Part shown: positions 1 to 9,015 of the stretch, piece by piece
Position numbering within the stretch: the stretch's first letter is position 1
How the letters are laid out: each line of letters opens with the position of its first letter
Source: Candidatus Cloacimonadales bacterium
GTDB taxonomy: Bacteria; Cloacimonadota; Cloacimonadia; Cloacimonadales; JAIOQZ01
DNA length: 64,000 nt
Direction: 5' to 3'
Assembly: GCA_963674825.1 (NCBI GenBank)
Contig: OY771587.1
Coordinates: 384,001 to 448,000 of the forward strand
Notes under the pieces: model-generated
Databases searched by the model: none
Told to the model about the DNA's origin: nothing
The model's input: only the letters and a program-made list of their open reading frames with translations
Position numbers and translations under genes: made by a program

Positions 1-2190
1 CTACAAATCTTTGTCTTCTCACTCTTTGCTCGGGGTGTTCAGCCCGAAGGCTCAGGAACCATCGAAGATCCCTATCAAATTTCAGCTTTGAACAACCTGG
101 AATGGCTTAGCTGCACATCCGCTGCCTGGAATTGTTTCTTTATCCAGACGGAAGACATCGACGCAACGGAAACAGAAAGCTGGAACGACGGAGCAGGGTT
201 CGCTCCTATAGGAACCGTTTACAACTGTTTCAGTGGAACATATGATGCCTATGGGCATACGATATCGAACCTGACGATTAATCGCTCCAATGAAGATTAT
301 ATTGGTTTTTTTGTTAACCTGCAAAACGCAACCGTCATTAACCTCTCACTGACCGATTGTTATGTCCATGGAGCATCTTCTGTAGGTGGGTTGGCTTGTT
401 GGGCAAACTACAGTATCATTTCAAACTGCAACATTTCAGGGGAGATCCACGCTTCAGTCACAAATGCTGCCGCGCTGGCCGTCGATTCGATGTTCTCCAA
501 TATGGATCATTGCTACAGCACAGCAAATGTTTTTGCCAATTCCGGTGTGGCTGCAGGACTGACCCCCGTCTATTATGGTGCAAATTTCGTTGATTGTCAT
601 TACGATTACGAAACCGTCCTGATCAATGGTGAGCACGTCATACACTGCGGAGCGCTGCCAACTTATATGTATGAAGACTGGATCAATCATGATATGAGCC
701 TGAATGTGGATGATTACCTCACATCAAACGGTAATAGATACCTGATCAATTCGTTTGAGGATTTCCAAACCCTACTCGCTTTCGGAAACATCGAAGTCCT
801 CAATTTTCTGGTTACGACAGATATCGATTTCACTGATCACCCCAACTTCGTTCTTCCCGCAATGAAAGCCAATCTGGATGGTGGTGGCCACACGTTCAGC
901 AATCTTTTCTTAGAACATCCAAGCTACAGCAAATATTTGGGATTTATCAGCGTGGCAGACAATTGCATGATCTCCAATTTATCGCTGACTAATCTTGAAG
1001 TTAACGGCGAGATGTATGTAGCGGCTCTACTTGGAATCGGGTGGTATGTTACCATTTCGAACTGCCACGCTGACGGCAATATCGATTGTATCGATTATGG
1101 TGGAGGAATCTGCGCTGAACTTTTCCACTCAACAGTGGAAGACTGCACTTTCAATGGTGAAATCTCATGTTCGGATTATGGTGGCGGAATTGCCGGACAT
1201 TTGTTTCAATGCAACTGTATCGATTGCCATGCCGATGTTACGATACATGGTACGAAATACATTGGCGGTATCGTAGGCTCATTCCAGTATAATAGCACTG
1301 CCATCCGCTGCTCGAGCTATGGATCTGTGATGGCCCAGGATAATAGTTCCGGCGGTTGCTTTGGATTCATGGAAGAGTTTTGTTATGCTGAACAATGCTT
1401 CTCAGCAATGAGTGTTGACGGATATTACGCATCCGGTGGATTCGCTGGCCAAATGCATGGCACTACGCTTAGAAACTGCTATTCTCTCGGCTCAGTTCAA
1501 GGGGAAGAGTATATTGGCGGTATAACTGGAAAAGCAACTCCTTTTAACGGCGCTCAAAGCAATATTCTGAATTGCTACACAGCCTGCGCTGTTGGCGATG
1601 GAGATTATTCTGGAGGCGTGGTTGGTTTCCGATATGAAGGTTCTGTAGAAAATACCTTCTGGGACCTTGAAGCAAGCGGAACAGACCAAAGCGAAGGCGG
1701 TACAGGCAAAACACATGACGAAATGCGAGAGATTGCCACCTACACCAGCCTTGAAACGGAAGGGCTCGATGAGCCATGGGACTTCATCGGCGATCCCAAT
1801 GACGACACGGGCCTGGACGACGTCTGGAGAATCCACGAAACCCTAAACGACGGCTTACCCTGCTTCACTTGGCAGGAATTCATGGCATCCGATGAGGATA
1901 CAATCGATGCACCGCAACTCACCAGCACGCTCCACTGTATTTACCCCAATCCCTTCAACCCGGAGACGACCATCTCCTTCAGCGTCGCAACCGGTGAAAC
2001 CGCAACTATTGAGATATTCAACATCCGTGGTCAGCGCGTGAAAAGTTTCGACCGCTTCCACGAGGGCCAGCACAACACCGTTTGGAACGGCACCGATGAC
2101 AGCAATCGCCACGTTGGCAGCGGTATCTACTTCTGCCGGCTGCTTACGGGCTCCAGAAGCGAAGTACGAAAACTGATGCTGCTGAAATGA
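1..2190 (+). CDS. Secreted GLUG-motif beta-helix protein with C-terminal FlgD/T9SS-type sorting domain (5'-partial)
   Basis: Frame is open from base 1 (LQIFVFSLFARGVQPEGSGTIEDPYQISALNNLEW), so the TTG at 88 is not the start. Repeated GGxxG GLUG motifs. C-terminus is YPNPFNPETTISF...IFNIRGQRV...WNGTD...SGIYF. Confidence 0.85.
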   Translation, partial: LQIFVFSLFARGVQPEGSGTIEDPYQISALNNLEWLSCTSAAWNCFFIQTEDIDATETESWNDGAGFAPIGTVYNCFSGTYDAYGHTISNLTINRSNEDYIGFFVNLQNATVINLSLTDCYVHGASSVGGLACWANYSIISNCNISGEIHASVTNAAALAVDSMFSNMDHCYSTANVFANSGVAAGLTPVYYGANFVDCHYDYETVLINGEHVIHCGALPTYMYEDWINHDMSLNVDDYLTSNGNRYLINSFEDFQTLLAFGNIEVLNFLVTTDIDFTDHPNFVLPAMKANLDGGGHTFSNLFLEHPSYSKYLGFISVADNCMISNLSLTNLEVNGEMYVAALLGIGWYVTISNCHADGNIDCIDYGGGICAELFHSTVEDCTFNGEISCSDYGGGIAGHLFQCNCIDCHADVTIHGTKYIGGIVGSFQYNSTAIRCSSYGSVMAQDNSSGGCFGFMEEFCYAEQCFSAMSVDGYYASGGFAGQMHGTTLRNCYSLGSVQGEEYIGGITGKATPFNGAQSNILNCYTACAVGDGDYSGGVVGFRYEGSVENTFWDLEASGTDQSEGGTGKTHDEMREIATYTSLETEGLDEPWDFIGDPNDDTGLDDVWRIHETLNDGLPCFTWQEFMASDEDTIDAPQLTSTLHCIYPNPFNPETTISFSVATGETATIEIFNIRGQRVKSFDRFHEGQHNTVWNGTDDSNRHVGSGIYFCRLLTGSRSEVRKLMLLK

Positions 2191-2263
2191 TTTGTTTTTT
2201 CATTGACACGTGATGAACCGCCATGCGTAAGATGTGCTTTATATAACACTCGCAGGGGATAAC

Positions 2264-3973
2264 ATGGCAAAAGGCAATTCGCTTCTCTATGGTGTCGATG
2301 ACAAACCGCCTCTATTGACGACGATTGTTTTAGCGTTTCAATATGTCTTACTGACCATCAGCGGCATGATGCTCACGCCGATCATCATCGGTCATGCGTG
2401 CGGACTTAGCATCGAGCAAATCGAGTATTTCATCTTCGCAACCATGCTGGTCAGTGCGGTCTCGACCGTGATTCAGGTGCGCAGAGTGGGCAAAGTCGGC
2501 TCCGGATACCTGATGATTCTCGGGCCAAGCGGCGCGTTTATCTCCTGCAGCATCTCCGCTGTCATGATGGGCGGACTCCCTCTGCTCGGAACCATGGTTT
2601 TGCTCTCGGCTCCGCTCGAAGCCCTTATTGCATATCTGATACGCTACATACGCAAGATATTCACACCCGCACTCGGTGGCACGGTCATCATGCTGGTGGC
2701 AATCCTGCTCATCCCGCTTTCGTTCGAGATGTGGAGCGGTAAGAGCGATGACGATCTCTTCTGCTCGATACCCTATTTCATCACCGGCCTGGTGCCGTTT
2801 TTGATCATCTTCGGTTCCTACCTCAGCGATCGTAAGTGGGTTCGGCTCTGGAGTCCCATTTTCGGGATCATACTCGGTATTCTAGTCGCAATGCTCTTTG
2901 GCATCACCGATTTTTCCAGCATCAAGGCCTATCCGCTCCTGGCGCTCCCCCGCAGTGGCTATCCCGGGCTCGAGTTCCACCTCACATGGAGGCACTTGCC
3001 GCTCTTCATCACCTTCCTGATGGCCACCATTTCCAGCACGATCGAAACGTTCGGCGATACCGTCGCACTCCAGACTGTCTCCGAAGAGAAATTCAGCCGC
3101 ATCAACTACGACAGGCTTCAGGGCGGTATGTACGTTGACGCGGTAGGAAGCATGATCAGCGGAGCCGCAGCAGTAACTGCAAACACCACGTACAGCTCCG
3201 TCATGCCGGTTATCCAGCTCACACGTGTATCAGCTCGCATTATCGGCTACTATACAGCCGCAATTCTTGCTGTAATGGCATTCTTCCCCAAGCTGGCCTA
3301 TTTCTTTCTGGCGATCCCGGAACCCGTTATGGGCGGACTCAGCGTCGCACTGACTGCCATCTTGTTCGGAGAAGGCTTCAAAGTCGCCGCTACATCCGAG
3401 CTGAACGCAGAAAATGGCATCGTGATCGGTGCAGGTATGACTATGGGATTCCTGGCGAGTCTGGGTGTGTTCTTCCCCAGCCTGTTCCCCGAGAGCTTAC
3501 GTTTTCTGGCATCCGATGTCATTACCTTCGGCGGTATGACAGCCCTGATCCTCAACCTCTTCTTCGTCTTCAAGGTGCGCAAGAGCGAATCGATGACCAT
3601 CTCCGCCGATCATGAGAATCTGCCTGAGTTAATGCAGAAGATCGACAGCTTTCAGAGTCGTCTGAGAGTCAGCGAGAAACAGAAATACGCGTTGCAGCTT
3701 ACCTGTGAAGAGGTATTCGATTTTTTCTGCAATCAGAATCAATCCGGCACAGACATCTCCTTCCGCTGGAAATATCACCCCGAATATATTATCACCGAGA
3801 TATCCACCAAGGGTAATCTCGATCAAGTGGATGAAACCCCCAACCAATCCAATCTATATGAAATGACCGATGAAGAGATGAAATCGCTGGGACTTGTATT
3901 GCTCGGAAAAGTAGCATCCCACGTAGAGCACAACCAAATCAGCGGACACCACTACGTACAGTTCAGAGTGTAA
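2264..3973 (+). CDS. NCS2 (xanthine/uracil permease family) transporter with C-terminal RsbW/HATPase-like domain
   Basis: LLYGVDDKPP...AFQ N-terminus, many transmembrane segments, ETFGD and IPEPVMGG motifs. ATG at 2264 follows AGGGG. Soluble tail of about 130 aa. Confidence 0.85.
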   Translation: MAKGNSLLYGVDDKPPLLTTIVLAFQYVLLTISGMMLTPIIIGHACGLSIEQIEYFIFATMLVSAVSTVIQVRRVGKVGSGYLMILGPSGAFISCSISAVMMGGLPLLGTMVLLSAPLEALIAYLIRYIRKIFTPALGGTVIMLVAILLIPLSFEMWSGKSDDDLFCSIPYFITGLVPFLIIFGSYLSDRKWVRLWSPIFGIILGILVAMLFGITDFSSIKAYPLLALPRSGYPGLEFHLTWRHLPLFITFLMATISSTIETFGDTVALQTVSEEKFSRINYDRLQGGMYVDAVGSMISGAAAVTANTTYSSVMPVIQLTRVSARIIGYYTAAILAVMAFFPKLAYFFLAIPEPVMGGLSVALTAILFGEGFKVAATSELNAENGIVIGAGMTMGFLASLGVFFPSLFPESLRFLASDVITFGGMTALILNLFFVFKVRKSESMTISADHENLPELMQKIDSFQSRLRVSEKQKYALQLTCEEVFDFFCNQNQSGTDISFRWKYHPEYIITEISTKGNLDQVDETPNQSNLYEMTDEEMKSLGLVLLGKVASHVEHNQISGHHYVQFRV

Positions 3974-3981
3974 GGTAGCCC

Positions 3982-4277
3982 ATAAAAGTATCGTACTGGA
4001 TTCTGCTATTCACGCTGGTGGTGCTGACCGCCGGTTACATTCACCTGCACGACGGTGAAGTGATAAACTTCAGCTTTCTGGCAAGCTATATAACCCCGAT
4101 CGTGTTTATCGTTCTGGGGGATGTATCGGAAGATTCGTCTACTATAAACTACCCGGTGTAACACGCTATGCAATGGGTACCGCGCATGGTCATCCTGGTA
4201 TGTATTTGAAGTTGGTCGGCTGGCTGCTGCTGGTAGGTCAGTTTATCCGATTCGCCGCGATTCAGTTGCTTACGTAA
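3982..4277 (+). pseudogene. Probable degraded small membrane-protein gene (ATA in place of start, frameshift at G5 run)
   Basis: Two hydrophobic reading frames join into one ~98-aa ORF if one G is added at 4116-4120. AAGG lies upstream of ATA 3982. Confidence 0.35.
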
Positions 4278-4297
4278 TCATCTCTTTACTCAGAAAA

Positions 4298-6823
4298 CTA
4301 CATATCAATCAGATATCGTAAAATCTCGATCGTCTCTTGCTTGCCGGATGAACCGTCTAGAGGAGCCGGCCCAACGCAGGACGGACACCCTTCGTCGCAC
4401 TCGCAATGAATGACCAGATCAAGCGCGTTGCGAAGCAATTCTTTATGCACATCAAACAACTTTCTGCTCAGGCCGATACCTCCACCGGCCGCGTCGTAGA
4501 CAATGATCGCCGGTTTTCCGCCTGTGAGGGACGACCGTATTTCCGAGATCACACCCAAATCGGTGTAATCGCACATCAGGTATAGCGGTGCCAGGTGGCG
4601 TAGCACGTAGGTCAAACCGCCCATCCCGCTACGCATGTAAACGTTGAACTCCGCGATGCGATGACAGGAGGGACACAAGGTGATGAGATTCTCTGGCATG
4701 TTGGCGATGTCGGGATTCACACAGGCCCGAAACGGTATGATGTGATGCACGTCGTGCGCCTTGCCCGATTCCGCTTTCCCGCAGTGACGGCACTTAAATT
4801 CGTCGCGTTGCCTAATCGTTTTCTTGAGTGCTTCCCAATTCGAACCGTACTTGTTCGGATCGCTGCCCCAGACGCCAATCTCACGGAAGTGATCCACTGT
4901 GTCGTCGGGCAATCCGATCCAGAATCCACAGGTGTGAAGGTCGGTAGGCGGTAAATCGACCTCGCCGTAGCCCAGGATCTCGTTGGTCTGGAACTTGAGC
5001 CTGCGGAAACCGGTCACTTTAGTGGTGACTTGCAAATTGCCGTAATAGATCAGGTATTTACCGGCATCATCCTGCAGATCGACACCCTCCGGCTGCACCT
5101 CGGTATCGCTCATGGCGTCGGTATAGTAATCAGTGTCGCGTTCTTCAAGCTGCACAACGGCATTATCCAGGTCGAAGTCCGTAACAAGATAGCTCTGCCC
5201 TTCATGGAAATAGACCGCCTGCGGATGCGTCAGCCAGAAAGCGCTGTTGTAATCAATCTTGCCAATAACCCGCGATGCTGCGCCCTCCACGGCCAGTTGC
5301 AATGCAAAGACCTGCGGCGAAGTGCTGCGCAAAGATACCGTCTCGGACGGATATCGTTCATCCATCCAGAACCACTTATCGCCTGACTGATGCAGAACGC
5401 CCTGTTCCTGGAGGATTTGCAGAATTTCGCTTACTTCATCGTGTTTAACGGTTCCGAAATCCTCACCGCTATGGAACGGCAATTCGAACGCCGCGCACTG
5501 GATGTGCTGGAACAAGATGAACAGGTGGTTGGGATTCACCAGGCAGTTTTCCGGCGAACGCCCGAAGAAGTATTCGGGATGGGCTGATAAAAACTGATCG
5601 ATTGGCCTTGCGGCAAGCACCAGAACGGCTGCGGACGTCTTGTCTCGCCTGCCTGCGCGTCCGGCCTGCTGCCAGGTGGATGCGATCGAGCCCGGATAAC
5701 CGTTGATCAGCGCAACGTCCAGATGCCCGATATCGATTCCAGCTTCCAGCGCGCTGGTTGCGATCACGCTGCGGATGTGACCTTTTTGTAATGCGACCTC
5801 AATTTCCCTGCGCTGCCGGGGTAGATAGCCGCTACGATACCCGCGTATCTGTTCCGGCCTGAGCACGCCCGAATCGCGCAGATAGCGCAGGATCAGCTCC
5901 ACCGATTTACGCGAGATTGTAAAAATGATGCTTTGCATGCCGGCTTCGATGACGTCTTTCGCCAGCCTTATCACCTCTTGCATACTGCTTCGTCGTATTC
6001 CAAGCTGCTTGTTGACAATCGGAGGATTATAGAGCACAAAGTATTTGGGACCGCGTCCCGCGCCGTCTTCGAGCACAGGCCAAACCTTCTCTTCGATAAG
6101 GTTGAAGGCGTGTTCTTCGGGATTGGAGATCGTCGCGGAGGTGAGGATAAACACGGGCTTGGAGCCGTAGAATCGCGCGATCCGTTTGAGCCTGCGTATC
6201 ACGTTGACCACGTGGCTACCAAAGATGCCACGATAACTGTGCACCTCATCGATAATGACAAACCGGAGATTGGAGAAGAGATTTTTCCAGCGCGTGTGGT
6301 GCGGCAAAATACCGGCGTGCAGCATATCGGGATTGGTCAGGATGCAGTTGGCATTATCACGGATTGCCTTGCGGTGATCCTTGGGCGTATCGCCATCGTA
6401 AATTCCAATGCTGGTATCGGTTCCGAATGGAATCAATTGTTCGAACTGCTTCTTCTGATCCTGCGCAAGCGCTTTGGTCGGGAACATATAGAGCGCGCGT
6501 GCGTCACGATCGCGAAGCATTGTGTTCACCACTGGCAAGTTGTAGCAAAGCGTCTTTCCGCTGGCGACACCGGTGACGACCACGGTGTTGTGTCCCTGCT
6601 GGACGTTGTCGAATGCCTCGCGTTGATGCGAGTACAACCGTCGTATCCCTTGATACTCCAGCACCGCTTTCAATCGCGGATCGAGCGCATCCGGGAATTC
6701 CCGCCACTGCGCATCCCGCGCTGACGCAAAATGGAAGTGAGCGTTCTGTTTGTTCAGCCTGCGAACGAACACCTCGATGGCGTTCGCATCCTTTTGACCA
6801 CGACTCTTTTTTATCCGGCTCAT
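4298..6823 (-). CDS. MrfA/Hrq1-family DEAD/DEAH helicase (DUF1998) with inserted HNH endonuclease domain
   Basis: ASGKTLCY, TNPDMLH, DEVHSYRG, TSAT, GYRSGY, QQAGRAGR, C-terminal CECDEGCPSC. Start ATG at 6823 with AAGGT upstream; the longer ORF-track start overlaps the divergent gene. Confidence 0.9.
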   Translation of the reverse strand: MSRIKKSRGQKDANAIEVFVRRLNKQNAHFHFASARDAQWREFPDALDPRLKAVLEYQGIRRLYSHQREAFDNVQQGHNTVVVTGVASGKTLCYNLPVVNTMLRDRDARALYMFPTKALAQDQKKQFEQLIPFGTDTSIGIYDGDTPKDHRKAIRDNANCILTNPDMLHAGILPHHTRWKNLFSNLRFVIIDEVHSYRGIFGSHVVNVIRRLKRIARFYGSKPVFILTSATISNPEEHAFNLIEEKVWPVLEDGAGRGPKYFVLYNPPIVNKQLGIRRSSMQEVIRLAKDVIEAGMQSIIFTISRKSVELILRYLRDSGVLRPEQIRGYRSGYLPRQRREIEVALQKGHIRSVIATSALEAGIDIGHLDVALINGYPGSIASTWQQAGRAGRRDKTSAAVLVLAARPIDQFLSAHPEYFFGRSPENCLVNPNHLFILFQHIQCAAFELPFHSGEDFGTVKHDEVSEILQILQEQGVLHQSGDKWFWMDERYPSETVSLRSTSPQVFALQLAVEGAASRVIGKIDYNSAFWLTHPQAVYFHEGQSYLVTDFDLDNAVVQLEERDTDYYTDAMSDTEVQPEGVDLQDDAGKYLIYYGNLQVTTKVTGFRRLKFQTNEILGYGEVDLPPTDLHTCGFWIGLPDDTVDHFREIGVWGSDPNKYGSNWEALKKTIRQRDEFKCRHCGKAESGKAHDVHHIIPFRACVNPDIANMPENLITLCPSCHRIAEFNVYMRSGMGGLTYVLRHLAPLYLMCDYTDLGVISEIRSSLTGGKPAIIVYDAAGGGIGLSRKLFDVHKELLRNALDLVIHCECDEGCPSCVGPAPLDGSSGKQETIEILRYLIDM

Positions 6824-6866
6824 TTTAATTGACCTTTTTCGCCGCACGGCGTTTTTCGATTCCATT

Positions 6867-7601
6867 ATGAAACCGCTGATACTACACGTTTTTGACGACG
6901 AGGTTGTCAAAGCAAAAATCGCGCGAATCCGCGAAAGGCTCCTTGCGGGCGGCACCGGGATTCGTGAAGAAAATTTCAAGGCGATCACCGAGGCCGATCT
7001 TCGTTTGCTTTTCGAGCTCTATTTCGAGGAATATTTCGACGCCGACACAAGGCCGTTGTGGAAGGGGAGTTTCTCGCTCTCGCGACGAATGACCAAAACG
7101 GCAGGAAAGGTTATCTTCAACCGCCGTGATCGCTCCGCTGAGATCCGCATTGCCTCGACGCTGCTTCTCCGGCTCGGCTTCACCGATCCGTCTCAATTCT
7201 ACGTCGTGAATGGTATCCGCTGTTACACTCGCCTCGACTGCCTCCTGCGCGTGTTTGAACACGAGCTGGCGCATGTCTTCGAATACCTCGCTTACGGTAG
7301 TTCCAATTGCTCGCAGCAACGCTTCAAGGAGATGGTATATAAACTCTTCCGGCATACTCGGACAAAGCACGAGATGAGCAGTTCTCGCGATGCAAAGCGT
7401 ACCGTCGAATCGTTTAGTCCGGGAGATAGGGTTCGATTTATCTATCAGGGAATCACTCGCGAGGGTATCATAAAGGGGATTCGTAAACGAGCGATTGTCC
7501 TGTGCGACCCGGTGCGTGATAGATGGGGTCGAAAGGTTGCACCAAAATTTTATGTCCCGCTGACGAAATTGATAAAAATCGATAGAACTGGACAAGCATG
7601 A
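6867..7601 (+). CDS. SprT-like zinc metalloprotease with C-terminal SH3/KOW-like basic domain
   Basis: SRRMTKTAG, HELAH (HExxH), downstream C/H residues, and a basic beta-rich tail (GDRVRF...FYVPL). Confidence 0.75.
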   Translation: MKPLILHVFDDEVVKAKIARIRERLLAGGTGIREENFKAITEADLRLLFELYFEEYFDADTRPLWKGSFSLSRRMTKTAGKVIFNRRDRSAEIRIASTLLLRLGFTDPSQFYVVNGIRCYTRLDCLLRVFEHELAHVFEYLAYGSSNCSQQRFKEMVYKLFRHTRTKHEMSSSRDAKRTVESFSPGDRVRFIYQGITREGIIKGIRKRAIVLCDPVRDRWGRKVAPKFYVPLTKLIKIDRTGQA

Positions 7602-7648
7602 GCACTGCGTAAAAATGGTGTGTAAAATGGATGAAGTAGGGAGTTATC

Positions 7649-8803
7649 ATGATAATACCCGATTATGAAGGCAATTCCATCGTCAACCTGGTCTCAACCA
7701 TCATCGCGGCCGAAGGACATGATCCCGAACACGCCGTTCTGCGCGATATCGATGCAACCCACTGGGGTGATTATAAAAACATCGTCCTGATCGTTCTTGA
7801 TGGCTTGGGCGACCACTTCCTGAAAAATAAATTCCCTGACTCGTTCCTGAACAGGCATCGCGTCAGAAGAATGACGTCTGTCTTCCCCACCACCACCGCC
7901 GCAGCGATCACAAGTTTCCTGAGTGCGCAAACACCCATCGAACATGCCATTACCGGATGGTATATGTATCTGCGCGAACTCGGAGCAGCGTCCGTGATCC
8001 TGCCGTTTAAGCCACGCTATGGCAAAACAAGCTACGACAAAGAAGGTGTCGATGTATCGAAGATACTCGATTTCGATCGCGCCTTCTCGCACATCTACCG
8101 CAAGAAGTGCTATGTCACACCTTCGCACCTCATCGGCTCGGCTTATACCAATTACAGTGGCATCGATAGCGAAAAATTCGGATACAACAGCTTCAACGGT
8201 TTCTTCCAGCAGCTCAGTAGAGCTGTTCGTCACAGCGAAGAAAAGAAATACGTCTATGCATACTGGTCGAAAGTAGACGCCCTCATGCACAAGCACGGCA
8301 CATTCAGTAAAGAGGTCGCAGACCATTTCCAGGAGCTCGACCAGCGCATCGAACGTTTTGTGAACAACGTAAAAAACGACGACACACTCGTGCTCATCAC
8401 CGCGGATCATGGCCTCATTGATACAACACCAATACGCGCACTGTCTGTCGACGACTACCCGCGACTCAAAGATTTCCTCATCCTGCCGCTATGCGGTGAA
8501 CCACGCGTCTGTTACGCCTACGTCCGCAGCGGAAAAACCTTCGACTTCCTCCACTATATGGAAGACAATCTTGCAAACGTGTGCAAGATCATCACACGCG
8601 ATGAAGCCATCCAAAGCGGCGTATATGGTGAAGGAATCCCAGGCATGAAATTCCGCGATCGCATCGGCGATTTCATCCTCCTCATGAACGAAAACTACGT
8701 CCTGAAGGATCACGTCCTCGGCGAAGTCCCTCCCAATTTCATCGGATACCATGGCGGACTCTCCGAAGAAGAGCTCTTCGTTCCGCTCATCATGATCAAA
8801 TAG
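7649..8803 (+). CDS. Alkaline-phosphatase-superfamily nucleotide pyrophosphatase/phosphodiesterase
   Basis: VLDGLG, SVFPTTT nucleophile, DALMHKHG, ITADHG, GYHGGLS. GGGAG RBS. Confidence 0.85.
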   Translation: MIIPDYEGNSIVNLVSTIIAAEGHDPEHAVLRDIDATHWGDYKNIVLIVLDGLGDHFLKNKFPDSFLNRHRVRRMTSVFPTTTAAAITSFLSAQTPIEHAITGWYMYLRELGAASVILPFKPRYGKTSYDKEGVDVSKILDFDRAFSHIYRKKCYVTPSHLIGSAYTNYSGIDSEKFGYNSFNGFFQQLSRAVRHSEEKKYVYAYWSKVDALMHKHGTFSKEVADHFQELDQRIERFVNNVKNDDTLVLITADHGLIDTTPIRALSVDDYPRLKDFLILPLCGEPRVCYAYVRSGKTFDFLHYMEDNLANVCKIITRDEAIQSGVYGEGIPGMKFRDRIGDFILLMNENYVLKDHVLGEVPPNFIGYHGGLSEEELFVPLIMIK

Positions 8804-8814
8804 TTTTTCGGAAA

Positions 8815-8948
8815 CCTCCACGCAGCAGATTCGTTTGATCCCGCTGTTGCGTGGTGTCCCGCACCTTTATTCCCGTGTCCGATAGCCCGAAGGTGCGGTA
8901 TATCCACGTGAAAGCGGGATCGGGCGAAGATGCGCGTGGATGCCATTA
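8815..8948 (+). repeat. Long imperfect hairpin element, diverged copy A of the family at 60.7 and 62.1 kb
   Basis: Arms: tccacgc/gcgtgga, ttcgtttgatcccgct/agcgggatcgggcgaa, ccgcacctt/aaggtgcgg. Shares gggatcgggcgaagat..gtggatgc with copy C. Confidence 0.75.
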
Positions 8949-8952
8949 TCAC

Positions 8953-8981
8953 TTGACTGATTTTTGTCCACATCTTATAAT
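8953..8981 (+). promoter_or_regulatory. Sigma70-type promoter for the C25 peptidase gene
   Basis: TTGACT-17 nt-TATAAT, ending 34 nt before ATG 9016. Confidence 0.7.
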
Positions 8982-9015
8982 TCGTTTGCAACCACTGCAC
9001 TTGCGAGGAAGGATT

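Noticed and set aside
2191..2263. Purine riboswitch upstream of the NCS2 permease
   Set aside because: The region is short, contains the -35 element (TTGACA at 2203), and lacks the conserved aptamer core.
6824..6988. ORF-track N-terminal extensions (helicase; also 8851, 28901, 35288, 49048, 50241, 63001)
   Set aside because: They overlap neighbouring genes or promoters, and downstream starts have better RBS or signal-peptide context.
4298..8803. DISARM/Druantia/BREX defence system
   Set aside because: No methylase, PLD, BrxC or other core genes. The helicase is MrfA-type and the phosphodiesterase is a short standalone enzyme.
8815..8948. SRP RNA or 6S RNA identity for the long hairpin
   Set aside because: It lacks the SRP helix-8 motif, and related copies elsewhere argue for a repeat family. 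A formal Rfam search was not run.
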